The position numbers and the translations under genes are program-made. Of a stretch of 64,000 bases of DNA, positions 24,825 through 37,348 are shown piece by piece. The notes beneath the pieces were generated by a model. The model was not told where the DNA came from and ran no database searches. It saw only the letters and a list, made by a program, of their open reading frames with translations. The stretch is from Octopus sinensis (Eukaryota): positions 183,520,001-183,584,000 of the forward strand of contig NC_042998.1 of the NCBI RefSeq assembly GCF_006345805.1, written 5' to 3'. Positions within the stretch are counted from its first letter, which is position 1. Each line of letters starts with the position of its first letter.

Positions 24825-25030
24825 TAATAATAATAATAAACAAATAAATACATAAATAAAAATCAAAGAAGGATGAAAAAAAATACAAACAAGATATCTG
24901 TTGTTGAAAGTAGTTCTTTGAAGAAAGAAAAGCGACATTGCAAATCAGGAAGATTTGTCTCATCTTGATAGGAAGCGAGCAGAATAATAAGTGAGAGAAA
25001 GTAAGGAAACAGATGGATAGGTAGATAAAT

Positions 25031-25075
<45 letters not shown>

Positions 25076-26639
25076 GTCACAGATATTCACTAAAATGTGG
25101 TGAGTTGCCAGAAAAATTGGCGGTAAAAAAAGGCAAATGGCTATAGTTAAGGCAGACAATAACATCTAAGATGTGCAAGTTATGTAAGAAGAAACCATTT
25201 AACAAGATATATATCTCAACATTCCATCCTTTATATGGTATCATTAACATACAAATACATATTGTACACATTTAGACACATCAATATGGATATATTACAT
25301 ATGTGCATGCTGCATCCTTCATGTGTATTTGCAATGAAGATACATGTATGTGTAATGTGTATGGATATGTGGTTATATGTATTTCTTTCCAAAAAAAAAA
25401 AAACACACACACACACACACACACACATAGAGTGACTGTATGCAAGTGTGTTTGTGTAAATGAGGAATTCGGTAAAAACAATAAGTTTACTGTTCAGAAA
25501 AATCTTAGCATCAGAAATTTGGAAGCAAAACGCAGATAGAAGTTGGCAAAGATCTCAAAAGACAAGTAATACTATGTTGTTTCAACAACTTCTACGACAC
25601 TAACATAGAAAAGAGAAGAAAAAAAAAATTATATAAAAGCTAAAATACAAGACAGCTGAGCTTCAATTAGTTGCAGATAATATGTCACTGTTGGTAATAT
25701 CATTCCAGGTTACAGCATGAATCATTACCATGATATTTCTTGAAGGTCAAAGTAGAAAAAGAAAGTAAAAATTAACAAACTAAGAAACAGAAATATAAAT
25801 CAATGAAGACTTGCCAAATATTTATTTTTCCTTCTAGATCTATGACAACGTTCATTTAGCTTTGTTGGTATCTGCTTGTTTTCATGATCAAATGATTTAG
25901 ACTTTGACCAATTTCATAGCTAATGTGCTTGTTTGTTGCAAGTATTTTTTTACTTCTTCTTCCTTATTGGTTTAGTATTCACTTTTAGTTATCACTAAAT
26001 AACTTTAGTTGTTCTGGTGAATAGAAAACTGAGTCTCGAATAGTTATGCTACATGAGAAGTTTCATTTGTAAAAAAGTTGGTGAAAGGGACCAGAACAGA
26101 TTTGGATTGGGAGGCTAAGTTCTAGTATTAGCCAACTGGTTTTCTTTATACCCATTAAGAAAAGAAAGAAGAACTAAATAAAGTATGTGCAAGAAAGTGC
26201 TCAGTGAGAAATTATTCATATATTTAGTTGAGAAGATAGTCATGACAGAAAATTTATCAAAGACAATATAGAAAGACAATATGATAAGGAGAAATCTTGA
26301 TAGACAAGAGGATGTAAGACTGAAATATGTGTTATGTTGTATTACCCACCCAACCTACACCACAAAGTAAAACAGGTGTTAAAATAAGAACACACACATG
26401 TTGTTTACATAGGTAAAACTTAAAAGCACATGTAGTTGAATGTTAGGTTCTGCAATGAAATGTTACCGAATTGAGCATCCAAGAGATACATGAATTTCAC
26501 CAAACTGACAGAGTTCAAGAAGCAGAGTATTTAGAACATTGACAGACACCAGAAAAGCATAATGATACATGAAGATCACATGTATAAGCTTCATGTGGCT
26601 TCTTTCTATTTAGACCAAAGGTTTGGAATTACACTGAAC

Positions 26640-26868
26640 TTCGAGTGAGGTCATTGCTAGTGCCAGTACCGCCTGACTGGCCCTCGTGCTGGTGGCATGT
26701 AAAAGCACCCACTACACTCTCAGAGTGGTTGGCGTTAGGAAGGGCATCCAGCTGTAGAAACTCTGCCAGATCAAGATTGGAGCCTGGTGCAGCCATTTGG
26801 TTCGCCAGTCCTCAGTCAAATCGCCCAACCCATGCTAGCATGGAAAGCGGATGCTAAATGATGATGAT
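26640..26868 (+). mobile_element. SINE family A
   Basis: Family A core and (GAT)n tail. Confidence 0.85.
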
Positions 26869-26994
26869 ACTTCACCTTTGTCTTACTTGGAGAGTATATA
26901 TTTTAGTCAATAACATTTTCATAGTCTAATCTCACAACCCCCACCTCCAAACCTCAACTGTTTGACAATGGACAGCATATACTATGTTACATGT

Positions 26995-27481
26995 TAATCG
27001 AAATTGAACCAAATCCTATGACTGCCACCCAGCCGTCGCCAGTGCCGCTGGACTGACTCCTGTGCAGGTGGCAAGTAAAGAAACACCATTTCGACCCTGT
27101 GCTTGAGGAGACCTATTGAGTCAAGTACATCAACATCAAAAATCAATGGAAATTGTAACTGTGATCCCTGTGCCGGTGGCACGTAAAAAACACTATCCGA
27201 ATGTGGCCGATGCCAGCACCACCTTGACTGGCTTTCGTGCCGGTGGCACATAAAAAGCACCACCTGATCGTGGCTGTTGCCAGCCTCGCCTGTCACCTGT
27301 GCCAGTGACACATAAAAAGCACCCACTACACTCATGGAGTGGCTGGCGTTAGGAAGGGCATCCAGGTGTAGAAACACTGCCAGATCAGACTGGAGCCTGG
27401 TGCAGCCTTCTGGCTTCCCAGATCCCGGTCGAACCGTCCAACCCATGCTAGCATGGAAAACGAACGTTAAATGATGATGAT
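26995..27481 (+). mobile_element. SINE family A, long variant with subrepeats
   Basis: Family A core, several GTGCCGGTGGCAC units, (GAT)n tail. Confidence 0.85.
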
Positions 27482-28139
27482 CTTAGTCACTACCATACAG
27501 AGAGCAGAGAAGGCAAAAACAATAAGGTACAGAAAACTAGACAAGAGAGGCAGCTGTGTGTCAAATGTCAAGATAAACTCTCAAAGGGCTGCAGGACAAC
27601 TCACAACTGCAACCAGTGGTAGCACTGTCAGATCAAGTATTTTGTTAGCTCATAAAGCTGAAATGGACTTCTCATGGAGATTGATGGACTTCAACATAGT
27701 TAATATGTTGTATAGAAATTACATAAAGATGATGTTTTTGGTTTGGAAATAATGTTTAGAAAGATGTAAAATTGTAATAGGAAGTATCTTTAATAAAACA
27801 ACTTCATTTGAAACAATAATAATATATTAAAAAAAAATTTGATTGCATGAAAAATTATGTATAAACAGCTTTACTTTGCTTTAAAATTCCTATGACATAA
27901 CCAGCTTTTAGAAGAGACAGATGCGAACAGAATTACAATTTTTGTTGCTGTCATATTAAGGCGGTAGTTTATATAGCAATCTTGTTTATCTGATAAAGAT
28001 AAAATTTGCAGAAAAATAAAAGATGAAATGGGCGTTGATTAAGAGTTGGAATGCATATAGAAATTTGAGTTAGTGCACTGAGTAGTCTGCATTTCTTACA
28101 TGATGGAAGGAAAATATATATATATGTACAGACACACAA

Positions 28140-28332
28140 GATGTACATACATACACACGCACATATATATACATACATATGCACACACACACATATATAT
28201 ATACATACATACGTATGCACACACACACATATACATATGTATATATATATATACACAAACATACATATACCTACATATATATGCACACACTATAATTATA
28301 TATGCATGTGCGTGTATGTATATATATATATT
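28140..28332. repeat. (TA/CA)n compound microsatellite
   Basis: Direct inspection. Confidence 0.92.
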
Positions 28333-29403
28333 AACCTTGACTAAGATACTGCAAGGCAAATTACCCAAAAGGGTTACATACTGAAGCATCTTTTAGAAAA
28401 GACGCAAAAACCCCAATTATGTTTATATTATTTCTAGGGTTCATTCGCATTAAAAAAACCTAGATTGACGCCCATTGAAACATCATGAACACCAAAAAAA
28501 AAAAAAAAGAAAAAAAGTATCTCGTATTAATCAACAGACATCACTCCTTGATTAAATTTTTCAAATTGTTAAATAAAACCTATGTCGTTCCTTACAGAAT
28601 ATCAATTAGTAATGACCAAAGAAAATTATGGTCCTGAAATATATAAATGATCTGCCAAATAACTATTTTCAGACTTTAAACTCTTTTGTTATTAAATTTT
28701 TGTTGAAATACACTGCCTTTGTTTTAGTTAATTTTGAAAATAATGAAATAACTGTCTGGTGTCTGGAACATATTTTGCATGAAATTTTGATGGTAGGTTT
28801 TAATTTAGATCACATTAAAACAAGGAATTCATTTTTACAGTGCCAGAGGCAATTTCAGGCAGTTAATATCAAAAGACTTAAATAAAGACTTCTCTGTGGT
28901 GAAAATCAATTCAATAAAAAAGTATACCTAACATTTTGCTTTTAATTTCTCTAAACACGAAATACCATGTACTGACTATTTTAAATGAACAGTTTCCTAA
29001 GATCACATTTAGATAAGCAGAGCAGTAGCCATGCTCTTTTGAAATAAAAAAAAAAGACAAAAAAAAAAAGACCAAAAGCAAACAAGCAAAAACAAAACAA
29101 AACAAAACAAACATTGCTATACATTATTTAACTTATTCTAACAGAAATAAAACTAAAAGCTTCCTTCACACAATTTCAGGTTGGCATATTGGTCTGAATG
29201 AGTTCACTGCATTAGAAATTGTTTAAGGATGAGCTTCCGATAGTAAAAAAAAATCTCAGAAAGACCATTGGATATCAGGAATATAGAAAACCATGACATC
29301 ACCTTCTTTTCTATGCTGGAAATGAATCTGAAAATATGAATCTGGAAAATAGTACCTAGAATAATATTCTCAGACTGGATTCTAAGTTTTCTTTTGTCTA
29401 TCC

Positions 29404-29730
29404 CAGTGGTTCTCAACCAGGGTCCATATAAGATTTTTGGGGTTCTACACAACAAAACTATAAATTGGGCATCCACAATATTATTTTAGGGGCCACTGAA
29501 AAAATTTTTACTCTAGATGTATGTATTGGCATGTATTGCAAGAAACAGCTAGATTTCTTTCTATAACATTTTACATATTTCAACCTACACAAATTGTGTG
29601 AAAAAATAAAATAGGAATTTTGAAAGAAGCTTCTATAAAACTAGTATTTAAACATCAAATGGCTTGGGGGAAGGGGGGCTCTTCCAGAATAAAATAGTAA
29701 TCAAAGGGGTCCATATGTAAAAAAAATTAT
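29404..29730 (+). mobile_element. hAT-type non-autonomous element, right end decayed
   Basis: Begins CAGTGGTTCTCAACC, a typical hAT (Charlie/Tip100-like) terminus; no matching right TIR found. Confidence 0.55.
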
Positions 29731-30234
29731 CCCTTGATGATAGCTAATGTTTATCACCCACTCATGGTAGTTTTATTTTCTCACATAGAGACACAGGCAT
29801 ACCTGTGTGGTTAAGATGTTTGCTTATCAACCACACAGCTTTAGGTTCAGTCACCCTGCATGGCACCTCAGGTGAGTGTCTCCTATAGCTCTTGGCCAAC
29901 CAAAGCCTTATGAATGAATTTGGTAGATGGACATTGAAAGAAGTCCACTGTGCAAGTGTGTGTGAATATTTGTGTCTCCTTGTCTTGATGTTATGTGATT
30001 GTTGTAAATAATGTTATGAATATGAAAACATGTTTAGCCAAGGGGAAATACTACTTTGATCGGAATATTTCCAATGGTTGGCAACAGGAAGAGCATCCAG
30101 CCATAGAAATCTGCTTCAACAAACTCCATCCAATTCATGCAAGTATGAAAATGTGGACATTAAAACAATGATGATGATGTTATCTCCTTAACAAACCACA
30201 TTCAACAGATTCTCTGCCTTCCATTATTCATGTT

Positions 30235-30683
30235 ATTTGCCAGTGCTGGTGCCAAGTAAGAAGCACTCAGTCCTCTTGGTAAAGTGGTTGGTGTTAGGAA
30301 GGACATCCAGCTGTAAAAACCCTGCTAAAACAGCCAGTGAAGCCTGGTGCAGTCTTCTGCCAAGCCAGCTCCTATCAAATCGTCCAGCCCATGCCAGCAT
30401 GGAAAAAAGGATGGATGATGATGATAATGATGATGATGGTGATTCTACCACACATTAGTCCAGGCTATGATGAGTAAAGAATCTCTTTGGATTCCCACCA
30501 ATGGAAATGACAATTTTTAAAACCACTCGTGGAGTGGTTGGCTTTAGGAAGGGCATCAAGCTGTAGAAACTCTGCCAGATCAGACTGGAGCCTGGTGCAG
30601 CCCCTGGCTTCCCAGACCCCGGTCGAACCGTCCAACCCGTGCTAGTGCGGAAAACGGACATTAAACGATGATGATGATGATGA
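30235..30683 (+). mobile_element. Two tandem SINE family A copies
   Basis: Two family A cores, each ending in (GAT)n. Confidence 0.8.
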
Positions 30684-31447
30684 ACTCTAGGTCTCATAAT
30701 CTATTTCCAACCCTAAGTATGGTTCTTGGATAGCAGAACATCCAAACTATTTTCCTATCAAAGCTATTATCCAAGAAGTGCATGGTTTCAGCTCATAATT
30801 TCCCTTGCTATTAGATACTCTAATGCATTTGGTGCAACTAGAGTTATAGTTTCTTATCTGTCAGCCAGAAATCCCATGATACTAACAAAAATAAATGTAG
30901 ATGAAACAAAACAAAAAACAATAAAATTCTCCCAATTTTGTAGAAGATTTTGCAATAAAATCATTATTTTTACTTAGAAAAACAATTTCTTTTATAAAGA
31001 TTTGATAGTTCTACTGAGATAAGTTTCTGTAAAAATAATTACACTCTACTGAAACCTGAAGCCATTAAATAATAATGGAAATTGAGAATTTATAAATATT
31101 AATAGAGCTTTTTAGTTTCTTCAGAAATCTTCCATAATATTAAATTGCTGATAGCATAGAGGGTTACGCACATACACTGTACTATTGTGTGTGTGTGTGT
31201 GTGTGTTTTAGTATTATTTGTCTGTACATTTCTCCGAAGTTGCTCTTCATAGCTATCACCATAGCTTGTGTTTCAACCTATCTAAAATTCTAAAACCACA
31301 AGAGGATTATGGAAGCTAGTTTTCAGCAGAAGTACCAAAAAAAAACCAAAGAGGCTAAGGAGCTAACTGAGGTCAAACTCTAGCTAGTAAGGGTGCAGTT
31401 GGTACATCAAGCTTAGGGGTGCTAATAAAATCTGTATGTAATAGCTT

Positions 31448-31830
31448 TGAAATCATCATCATCATCATGTAGCGTCCGCTTTCCATGCTGGCATGGGTTG
31501 GACGGTGCAACTGGGGTCTGGGAAGCCAGAAGGCTGCACCAGGCCCAGTCTGATCTGGCAATGTTTCTACGGCTGGATGCCCTTCCTAACGCCAACCACT
31601 CCATGAGTGTAGTGGGTGCTTTTTACGTGCCACCTGCACAGGTGCCAGACAAGTCTGGCAAACGGCCACGATCGGATGGTGCTTTTTACGTGCCACTGGC
31701 ACGGAAGCCAGTCAGGGCGGCACTGGCAACGGCCATGTTCGGATGGTTCTCTTATGTGCCACCAGCACTGATATCACAGCGACAATTTCCATTCATGTTG
31801 ATCAATTTTGATTTTTGATTTTTTCATTTT
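31448..31830 (-). mobile_element. SINE family A with subrepeats
   Basis: Family A core on the minus strand. Confidence 0.85.
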
Positions 31831-31841
31831 TGATTTGAATT

Positions 31842-32394
31842 TTATATATATAAATGGCAAAATGTCTGTCTGTGTGTATTTTTTATTTTATTTATTTATT
31901 TATCTAGTTTCAGCTCACAAGCTGTGGCCATGCTGGGGCACCGCCATTTAAAGGGAATGCTTACAGCACCTAGGTTTCCCAAGCGGTCACCCATCTAAGT
32001 ACTAACTTCGCTGATCGGACGAGAACAGGTGTTTTCAACGTGATATGGCCGTAAGCATATGTGTGTATGTATGTGTGTGTGTATCTTTTATACAAATCCA
32101 CAATTTTTCAGTTAGAGGGCTCGCACTTTCTATGGTTATTCAAAACCGTCCAAGGGTGGTCATGCACAGTCACCCCACAAAGCCATTAAAAAAATCAATA
32201 GAAGTGACTTTTTTGTGAATTTTCTATCCAAAACCCAATCAAAATGCCCGAAACTTGATACGCCAATTGAATGCCAGCTAGCTGTATGTGATTGGTCGGA
32301 GATTTGGACAGTACTCGCGTGTATGTGCGCACACACGCAGCTGTATATGTATGCACTAGCACTATGATCTGGTGTTGCCGGGTCATAGTACTAG
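31842..32394 (+). mobile_element. Non-autonomous Helitron with a nested 5S-headed insertion
   Basis: 5' T(T)TATATATATAAATGGC, 3' hairpin ATGATCTGG/CCGGGTCAT (32364-32386) followed by CTAG|T. Confidence 0.72.
31959..32056 (-). pseudogene. 5S rRNA-derived sequence (98 nt) with an internal deletion of about 21 nt
   Basis: GCTTACGGCCATATCACGTTGAAAACACCTGTTCTCGTCCGATCAGCGAAGTTA^GTACTTAGATGGGTGACCGCTTGGGAAACCTAGGTGCTGTAAGC; helix I pairs over 9 bp; the deletion joins two GTTA motifs. Confidence 0.92.
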
Positions 32395-32409
32395 TAATGT
32401 AATAATTTG

Positions 32410-32832
32410 TAATAGCTTTCGAATAACAAAGGCTGAAGACGCTCAACCCTTATTCTCTCGAAAAACAACGACGCCGTGGTGATCTCATTCTCGCTCACAA
32501 CATCATAAGCAGAAAGTGTAACCTCTCGAAAGAGCTGTTTTTCACTCCTGCTCCAGAGCATGGGCTGCAGGGTCACTCTGAAAAGCTCTATCTACGACGA
32601 TTTCATCTCAATCAAAGGAGAGGGGCTTTCTCTGTCCGGGTTGTGGATCTGTGGAATAAGCTGCCGGACAAGATAGCGAAGATGCTGACGACCGCTCAGT
32701 TCAAAGTCTCTCTTGACCAGAAATGGCCTGAACTCTTTGTATGACCACCCTCCTAGTACATAACTCCCTGTCCCCCTACATGGCCTTGCTCTTGCTTTTT
32801 GAGCCAATAAAAATTGAATTGAATTGAAAAAA
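32410..32832 (+). mobile_element. CR1-clade LINE 3' end
   Basis: Uninterrupted frame RLKTLNPYSLEKQRRRGDLIL...GHSEKL...FSVRVVDLWNKLP...FKVSLDQKWPELFV* (stop 32742-32744), then a 3' UTR with (TTGAA)n tail. Confidence 0.92.
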
Positions 32833-32839
32833 ATAACAA

Positions 32840-33020
32840 TCGTCATCGTCATTGTCATCATGTCCGCTTTCCATGCTGGTATGGGTTGGACGGTTTGACT
32901 GAGGACTGGTGAGCCAGAGGGCTGCACCAGGCTCCAGTCTGATCTGACAAAATTTCTACAGCTGGATGCCCTTCCTAATGCCAACCACTCCGAGAGTGTA
33001 GTGGGTGCTTTTACATGTCT
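32840..33020 (-). mobile_element. SINE family A
   Basis: Family A core. Confidence 0.8.
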
Positions 33021-34171
33021 TTGCCATCTTTTAAAAAAGGAAAAGAACATGCTGGACAGTTTAACACCTGAAATGAAAGACAGGGGTTGTCGTAGGTGGA
33101 ATACCTTTGATTGTATGTTGCTTGATTAGGGCTGATTAAGGACTAAACAACAACAACACTAATTAACATGTTTGCTAAAATGGATGGACACCACAGTGGC
33201 AGATTTGACCTAAAATAATATAAGAGATTACCATCATGAATTAGTTGTAGTTTCTGGGTTTACTTTTATCCATAAGTAAACCAGAAACTTTAACAGACAA
33301 ATAGTAAACAGAATGGTTTCCTGCTGCTTAAAGAGCAGCTGCTTGCTAAAGCCAATCTTGCCATTGATAAAAAAAAAAATGGAAATATGTCTAATAGAAA
33401 CCTGTGGAGTAACTTCTTACCAAGGCCATTTCTTACTCATTGATAAGTTAAGTGATAACATCACCACCCAAGCCTGCATTTCTGGGCATTGATAATATGG
33501 GAGTATAACAGATAGAGATGGGGAGGAGTGACTAATACACATAAACACACACTGAATCTGCAGAAGTGTACAAATAGGGTGACTTGTTGAACTAAAAGTA
33601 GATATAGTAAATATAATTTATCTCAAATTTGTCCTTTACTTTGGTGAACCTAATCTGACCCCTACTGGGAAGTTTCATTTTTTTTTTTTTTTTTTTTGTC
33701 TAACAAGGACCTAATTTTTTCATTCTTTATTTTTTGTTTATATTGTTCCTACAGGCAAGATGTTTAATGTTAAGCACAGGAAGTGACTTCATATAAAAGA
33801 GACATAGAGGTGTACACACCCAGATACATTCCATACAAATACATACAAGTAAACATGAAATACAAATAACACTCAAAAACTACAAATAAAAATATCTGTT
33901 TCTTAGCATTCATGTGATGGATATGTATTATTCTGAGGAGAACTGTAGATTCATTATATATATATATAATAGTTGTTTAGCTCCAGTTAACTATTACAAA
34001 GTAAAGCTATGATTAGAGGTAGTCTAGCTGTGAGCATACAGTATTTTTAGTTTGTATTGGATTACATTATCCTATGTGTCCTTTTTTTTAAGAGGAAATA
34101 GTGTGAGTAGAGGAGATTTAGCCACTATTTCTAGCAGGTCGAGTGGCTACATAGAGTTTCCATCTGTGACT

Positions 34172-34219
<48 letters not shown>

Positions 34220-34305
34220 TATTAGAGACAAAACCACTATTTTGCAAAACAAACAAGAAAGACTTAATCAATACATAAAATTTTAATAAATAGTCAAAAA
34301 AACCG

Positions 34306-34347
34306 CCACTACAATTGTTCTTGTCTTGATCGACAATCTTCAGGTGG
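34306..34347 (-). ncRNA. Hammerhead motif, left arm, missing one A of GAAA
   Basis: Same as 34385-34427 but GAAC in place of GAAAC. Confidence 0.7.
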
Positions 34348-34384
34348 ACTTCAAATTATAATTTGAAACTGACTTATTGGAAGT

Positions 34385-34427
34385 CCACCTGAAGATTGTC
34401 GATCAAGACAAGAAACAATTGTAGTGG
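34385..34427 (+). ncRNA. Minimal type I hammerhead ribozyme, intact core
   Basis: CCAC-CUGAAGA-UUGUC(GAUCAA)GACAA-GAAA-CAAUUG-UA/GUGG; palindromic ACAAUUGU stem III; predicted cleavage after 34423. Confidence 0.85.
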
Positions 34428-34969
34428 CGGTTTTTTTGACTATTTATTAAAATTTTATGTATTGATTAAGTCTTTCCTTGTTTGTTTTGCAAAATAGTGA
34501 TTTTGTCTCTAATAATATTTTATAATATTTTACTATAAAATTGGATTTAATCCTAAATCTGATTTTTTCCCTGTAAATTTGGATTTATTCCCTAATATTT
34601 ATTATTATATATATATATATATATAAGTAGCAATAGCAGGTGTTACTTGTGTTCATATCTTATATTTATATAAATATAAATAAATTACGATTAAAAAATC
34701 ATTCTAAGTTTCCTTCCACCCCTAATCTGATTTTCTTTATGACTGATCATGATCATAAGAAAGATCTGTGTCTCGTGATGATGCCAAGAAAAAAAGAAAC
34801 AAAACAAACAAAAAAAAACTTGTACATTGAAAAATGGTAAGTTGAAAACAGGAAAATTTACATTATCAATCTAATTTGGAATGTAAATAACACGTGAAAA
34901 AGGAAAACAGTAGTGTGAAAAATGATTAACATCTGCATGCATGCATATATATATATATATATATATAGG

Positions 34970-35309
34970 AGATAGGGGTACGTTACGCCGCAATAATATA
35001 TGTATAGAAATTAAATATAAATTATAAATTACAAAGTGGGAAAAGAACGCAAAAACACACAAAGAGACGGGTCACTCGAAGCCTCTAATCTTCAGTCGGG
35101 AACCGGATCATCTTAGCAATTTCGGCTGTTTAATCTCGATTTATTGCTCCGATCCGGCCAGCCCCAAAGAAAAACTAAGCCACGGGCATTAGATTTCTTG
35201 GAAAGAGGATTGAATGTATACGAAACAAGGACAGGATGTCACACGAATATAAATACAAGAAACAAAAAATAGAAATAAAAAACAAGAATAGTAAACAGGA
35301 CAAAAACAG

Positions 35310-35315
<6 letters not shown>
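34970..35315 (-). mobile_element. Unclassified (TA)n-associated interspersed repeat
   Basis: Core GGGTCA..GAA..TCTTCAGTC..GAACCGGATCATC..GCAATTTCGGCTG recurs at 55725-55880. Confidence 0.65.
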
Positions 35316-35355
<40 letters not shown>

Positions 35356-35419
35356 TAGTATGAATGAAACTCTTGGTTCTTAAATCACTAACTTTTACTA
35401 ATTGTATATGTGTATATGT

Positions 35420-35690
35420 ATCATCATCATCATTTAATGTCCCTTGTCCATGCTGGCATGGGTTGGACGGTTTGACCAGGGCTGGCAAGCTGGAAGGTTG
35501 TACGAGACTCCAGTCTGGTTCAGCATGGTTTCTGTGGCTGGCTGCCCTTCCTAACACCAACCACCCTGAGAGTGTAATGGCCACTGGCATGGGTACCATT
35601 TGCATGAAACCAGTATTTGCTACGAATATGATTTTACTTGGCTCGATGGGTCTTCACGAGCATGGCATAATGCCAAAGGTCTCGGTCATT
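35420..35690 (-). mobile_element. SINE family A
   Basis: Family A core. Confidence 0.8.
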
Positions 35691-35730
35691 CGTATATATA
35701 AATCCAAATTGAGGGAGTGGAGCAGGTCTA

Positions 35731-35949
35731 CTCAATGAGGGGTACTCAGTTAGCTACTCGTTAGGCCAAAGATATCTTAATTACATGAAGGTTACATTGC
35801 CATTAAGGAATCCAAAGATATAATTTCAAATTATATCTTCGGTAAGTTAACTTGGGATTCCTTAACGACAATGTAACCTTCAGATAATTAAGATATCTTT
35901 GGCCTAATGAGAAGCTAGCTGAGTAACCCCCCCCCCCCACCTCATTGAG
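35731..35949. mobile_element. Fold-back MITE with long TIRs and TA target duplication (Tc1/mariner type)
   Basis: TA|CTCAATGAGG ... CCTCATTGAG|TA; imperfect arms of about 87 nt. Confidence 0.75.
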
Positions 35950-36379
35950 TAAATTATTACATCAGAGGTTCTGCTAGAAAAGAAACATGTAGACTGGATT
36001 TTACCTGCGCCACTCTTTCAATTTGGATTTTTGCTCACATTCAAAGCAACTCAAATTGCTAATCATGAGCTATTAAAAGAGTTTTTTCAACTTATCAAAC
36101 TCCGATATGGGAAAAGCCTACAAGCTTTGACACAAATGAATTATTGTTGTTCTTGAATGTTGTTTTTTATACTTACCATGGATGGGTTGAAGCTTACAAA
36201 CTTCCAACACTTAGATCCTTTGATCTTATAATTACACACACATACATACATACATACATATAATGTTGGCCTGCTCGCTTAGCCAGCGGGGTGGCGTCAT
36301 TCGAAGGCTAAAAGAATGCAAAGCGCATTGTGACCAGCAATGTGTAGCAACATCTGATAGTCTGGTCGGTCACGGTGAT

Positions 36380-36427
<48 letters not shown>

Positions 36428-36429
36428 AT

Positions 36430-36600
36430 AAAAAGTGATAATCACTGAAAGTGGATGGTACCTGCAGAAGAGGGAGACCCAGGAAAATATGGGATGAAGT
36501 GGTAAGGACAGATCTCAGGATGTTGGGCCCCACAGAAAAAATAACAATGGACTGAGATGTCTGGCGATATGAGGTTCTTGAGAAGACCTGCCTATGTCAG
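36430..36600 (+). mobile_element. RTE-clade LINE ORF end
   Basis: SLKVDGTCRRGRPRKIWDEVVRTDLRMLG...WRYEVLEKT matches the RGRPRKTW C-terminal RTE motif. Confidence 0.75.
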
Positions 36601-37348
36601 CAAAACTGAGTTCTAGAAGCGCTGTGTGTCCCACCCACACTTTACAAGAAAGCTTTTCACACACCCTACCACAACAAACTAAACTATATCTCTTTTCTTC
36701 CTCAGATTTTCATGTCATACACTATGCTTACTTCCCACTCCCCAATCCTGTCTTCTTGGACTGGGCCCACTATATCATTGCTATCTGCCACTCTCCCCCC
36801 ATCTGTGTTCCACCCATACATAACAAGAAAACTTTTCACACACCCTACCCCAACAAACCAATCTACATATCTTCCTCACATTTCCTCCTTCATGTACTCT
36901 GCCTACCTCTCACTCCCCAATCCTGTCTTCATGGCCCTGTTTTCTCTGTATCACTGTTATTCAGTAGCTTCCCCTACTCTATATACCCAGGTTTTCACCA
37001 CTCACTTCTCCTCCCCACTCTCTTATCACATTTCTGCAATATCCTGCCACTTGTATTATGACATTCGAACCTCAAGGCACTTGCACCAACTATATTTCTC
37101 TCTGCCTTGGCTTGACCATCCCCTTGTGAGTATGCCCAGCACTTTGCCACCATCTCTATCCTGCTTTCTTCCAATCTCTCTCTCTCTCTCTCTCTCCTTC
37201 TCCTGTACTTCCTTCAGATTGGGTAACCATGTATCCGCTTTGCTTGGAAATGCTTGGAAAACTGACCCTAGCTAACTGAATGCTTCAAGTATACATCGGC
37301 ATTAAAGAATAAACCTTATGAAATATACTGAAGATTACCAAGACAAAA

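Larger units (their letters stand above)
34210..34524. repeat. Near-perfect inverted repeat (arms 34210-34352 and 34380-34524) made of two PLE-type termini
   Basis: Arms are reverse complements with three differences seen; 27-bp spacer. Confidence 0.95.

Noticed and set aside
31959-32056. Functional 5S rRNA gene
   Set aside because: An internal ~21-nt deletion removes part of box A and the helix II/III region, and it is fused to a SINE tail.
35070-35135. CTGAAGA and GAAA motifs on the minus strand (also at 55830-55880) as a possible type II hammerhead
   Set aside because: Stems II and III could not be paired convincingly in either copy.
36594-37275. 155-aa and 187-aa overlapping + strand ORFs
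   Set aside because: Pyrimidine-rich sequence downstream of an RTE end with an internal duplication; no recognisable domain or splice context.
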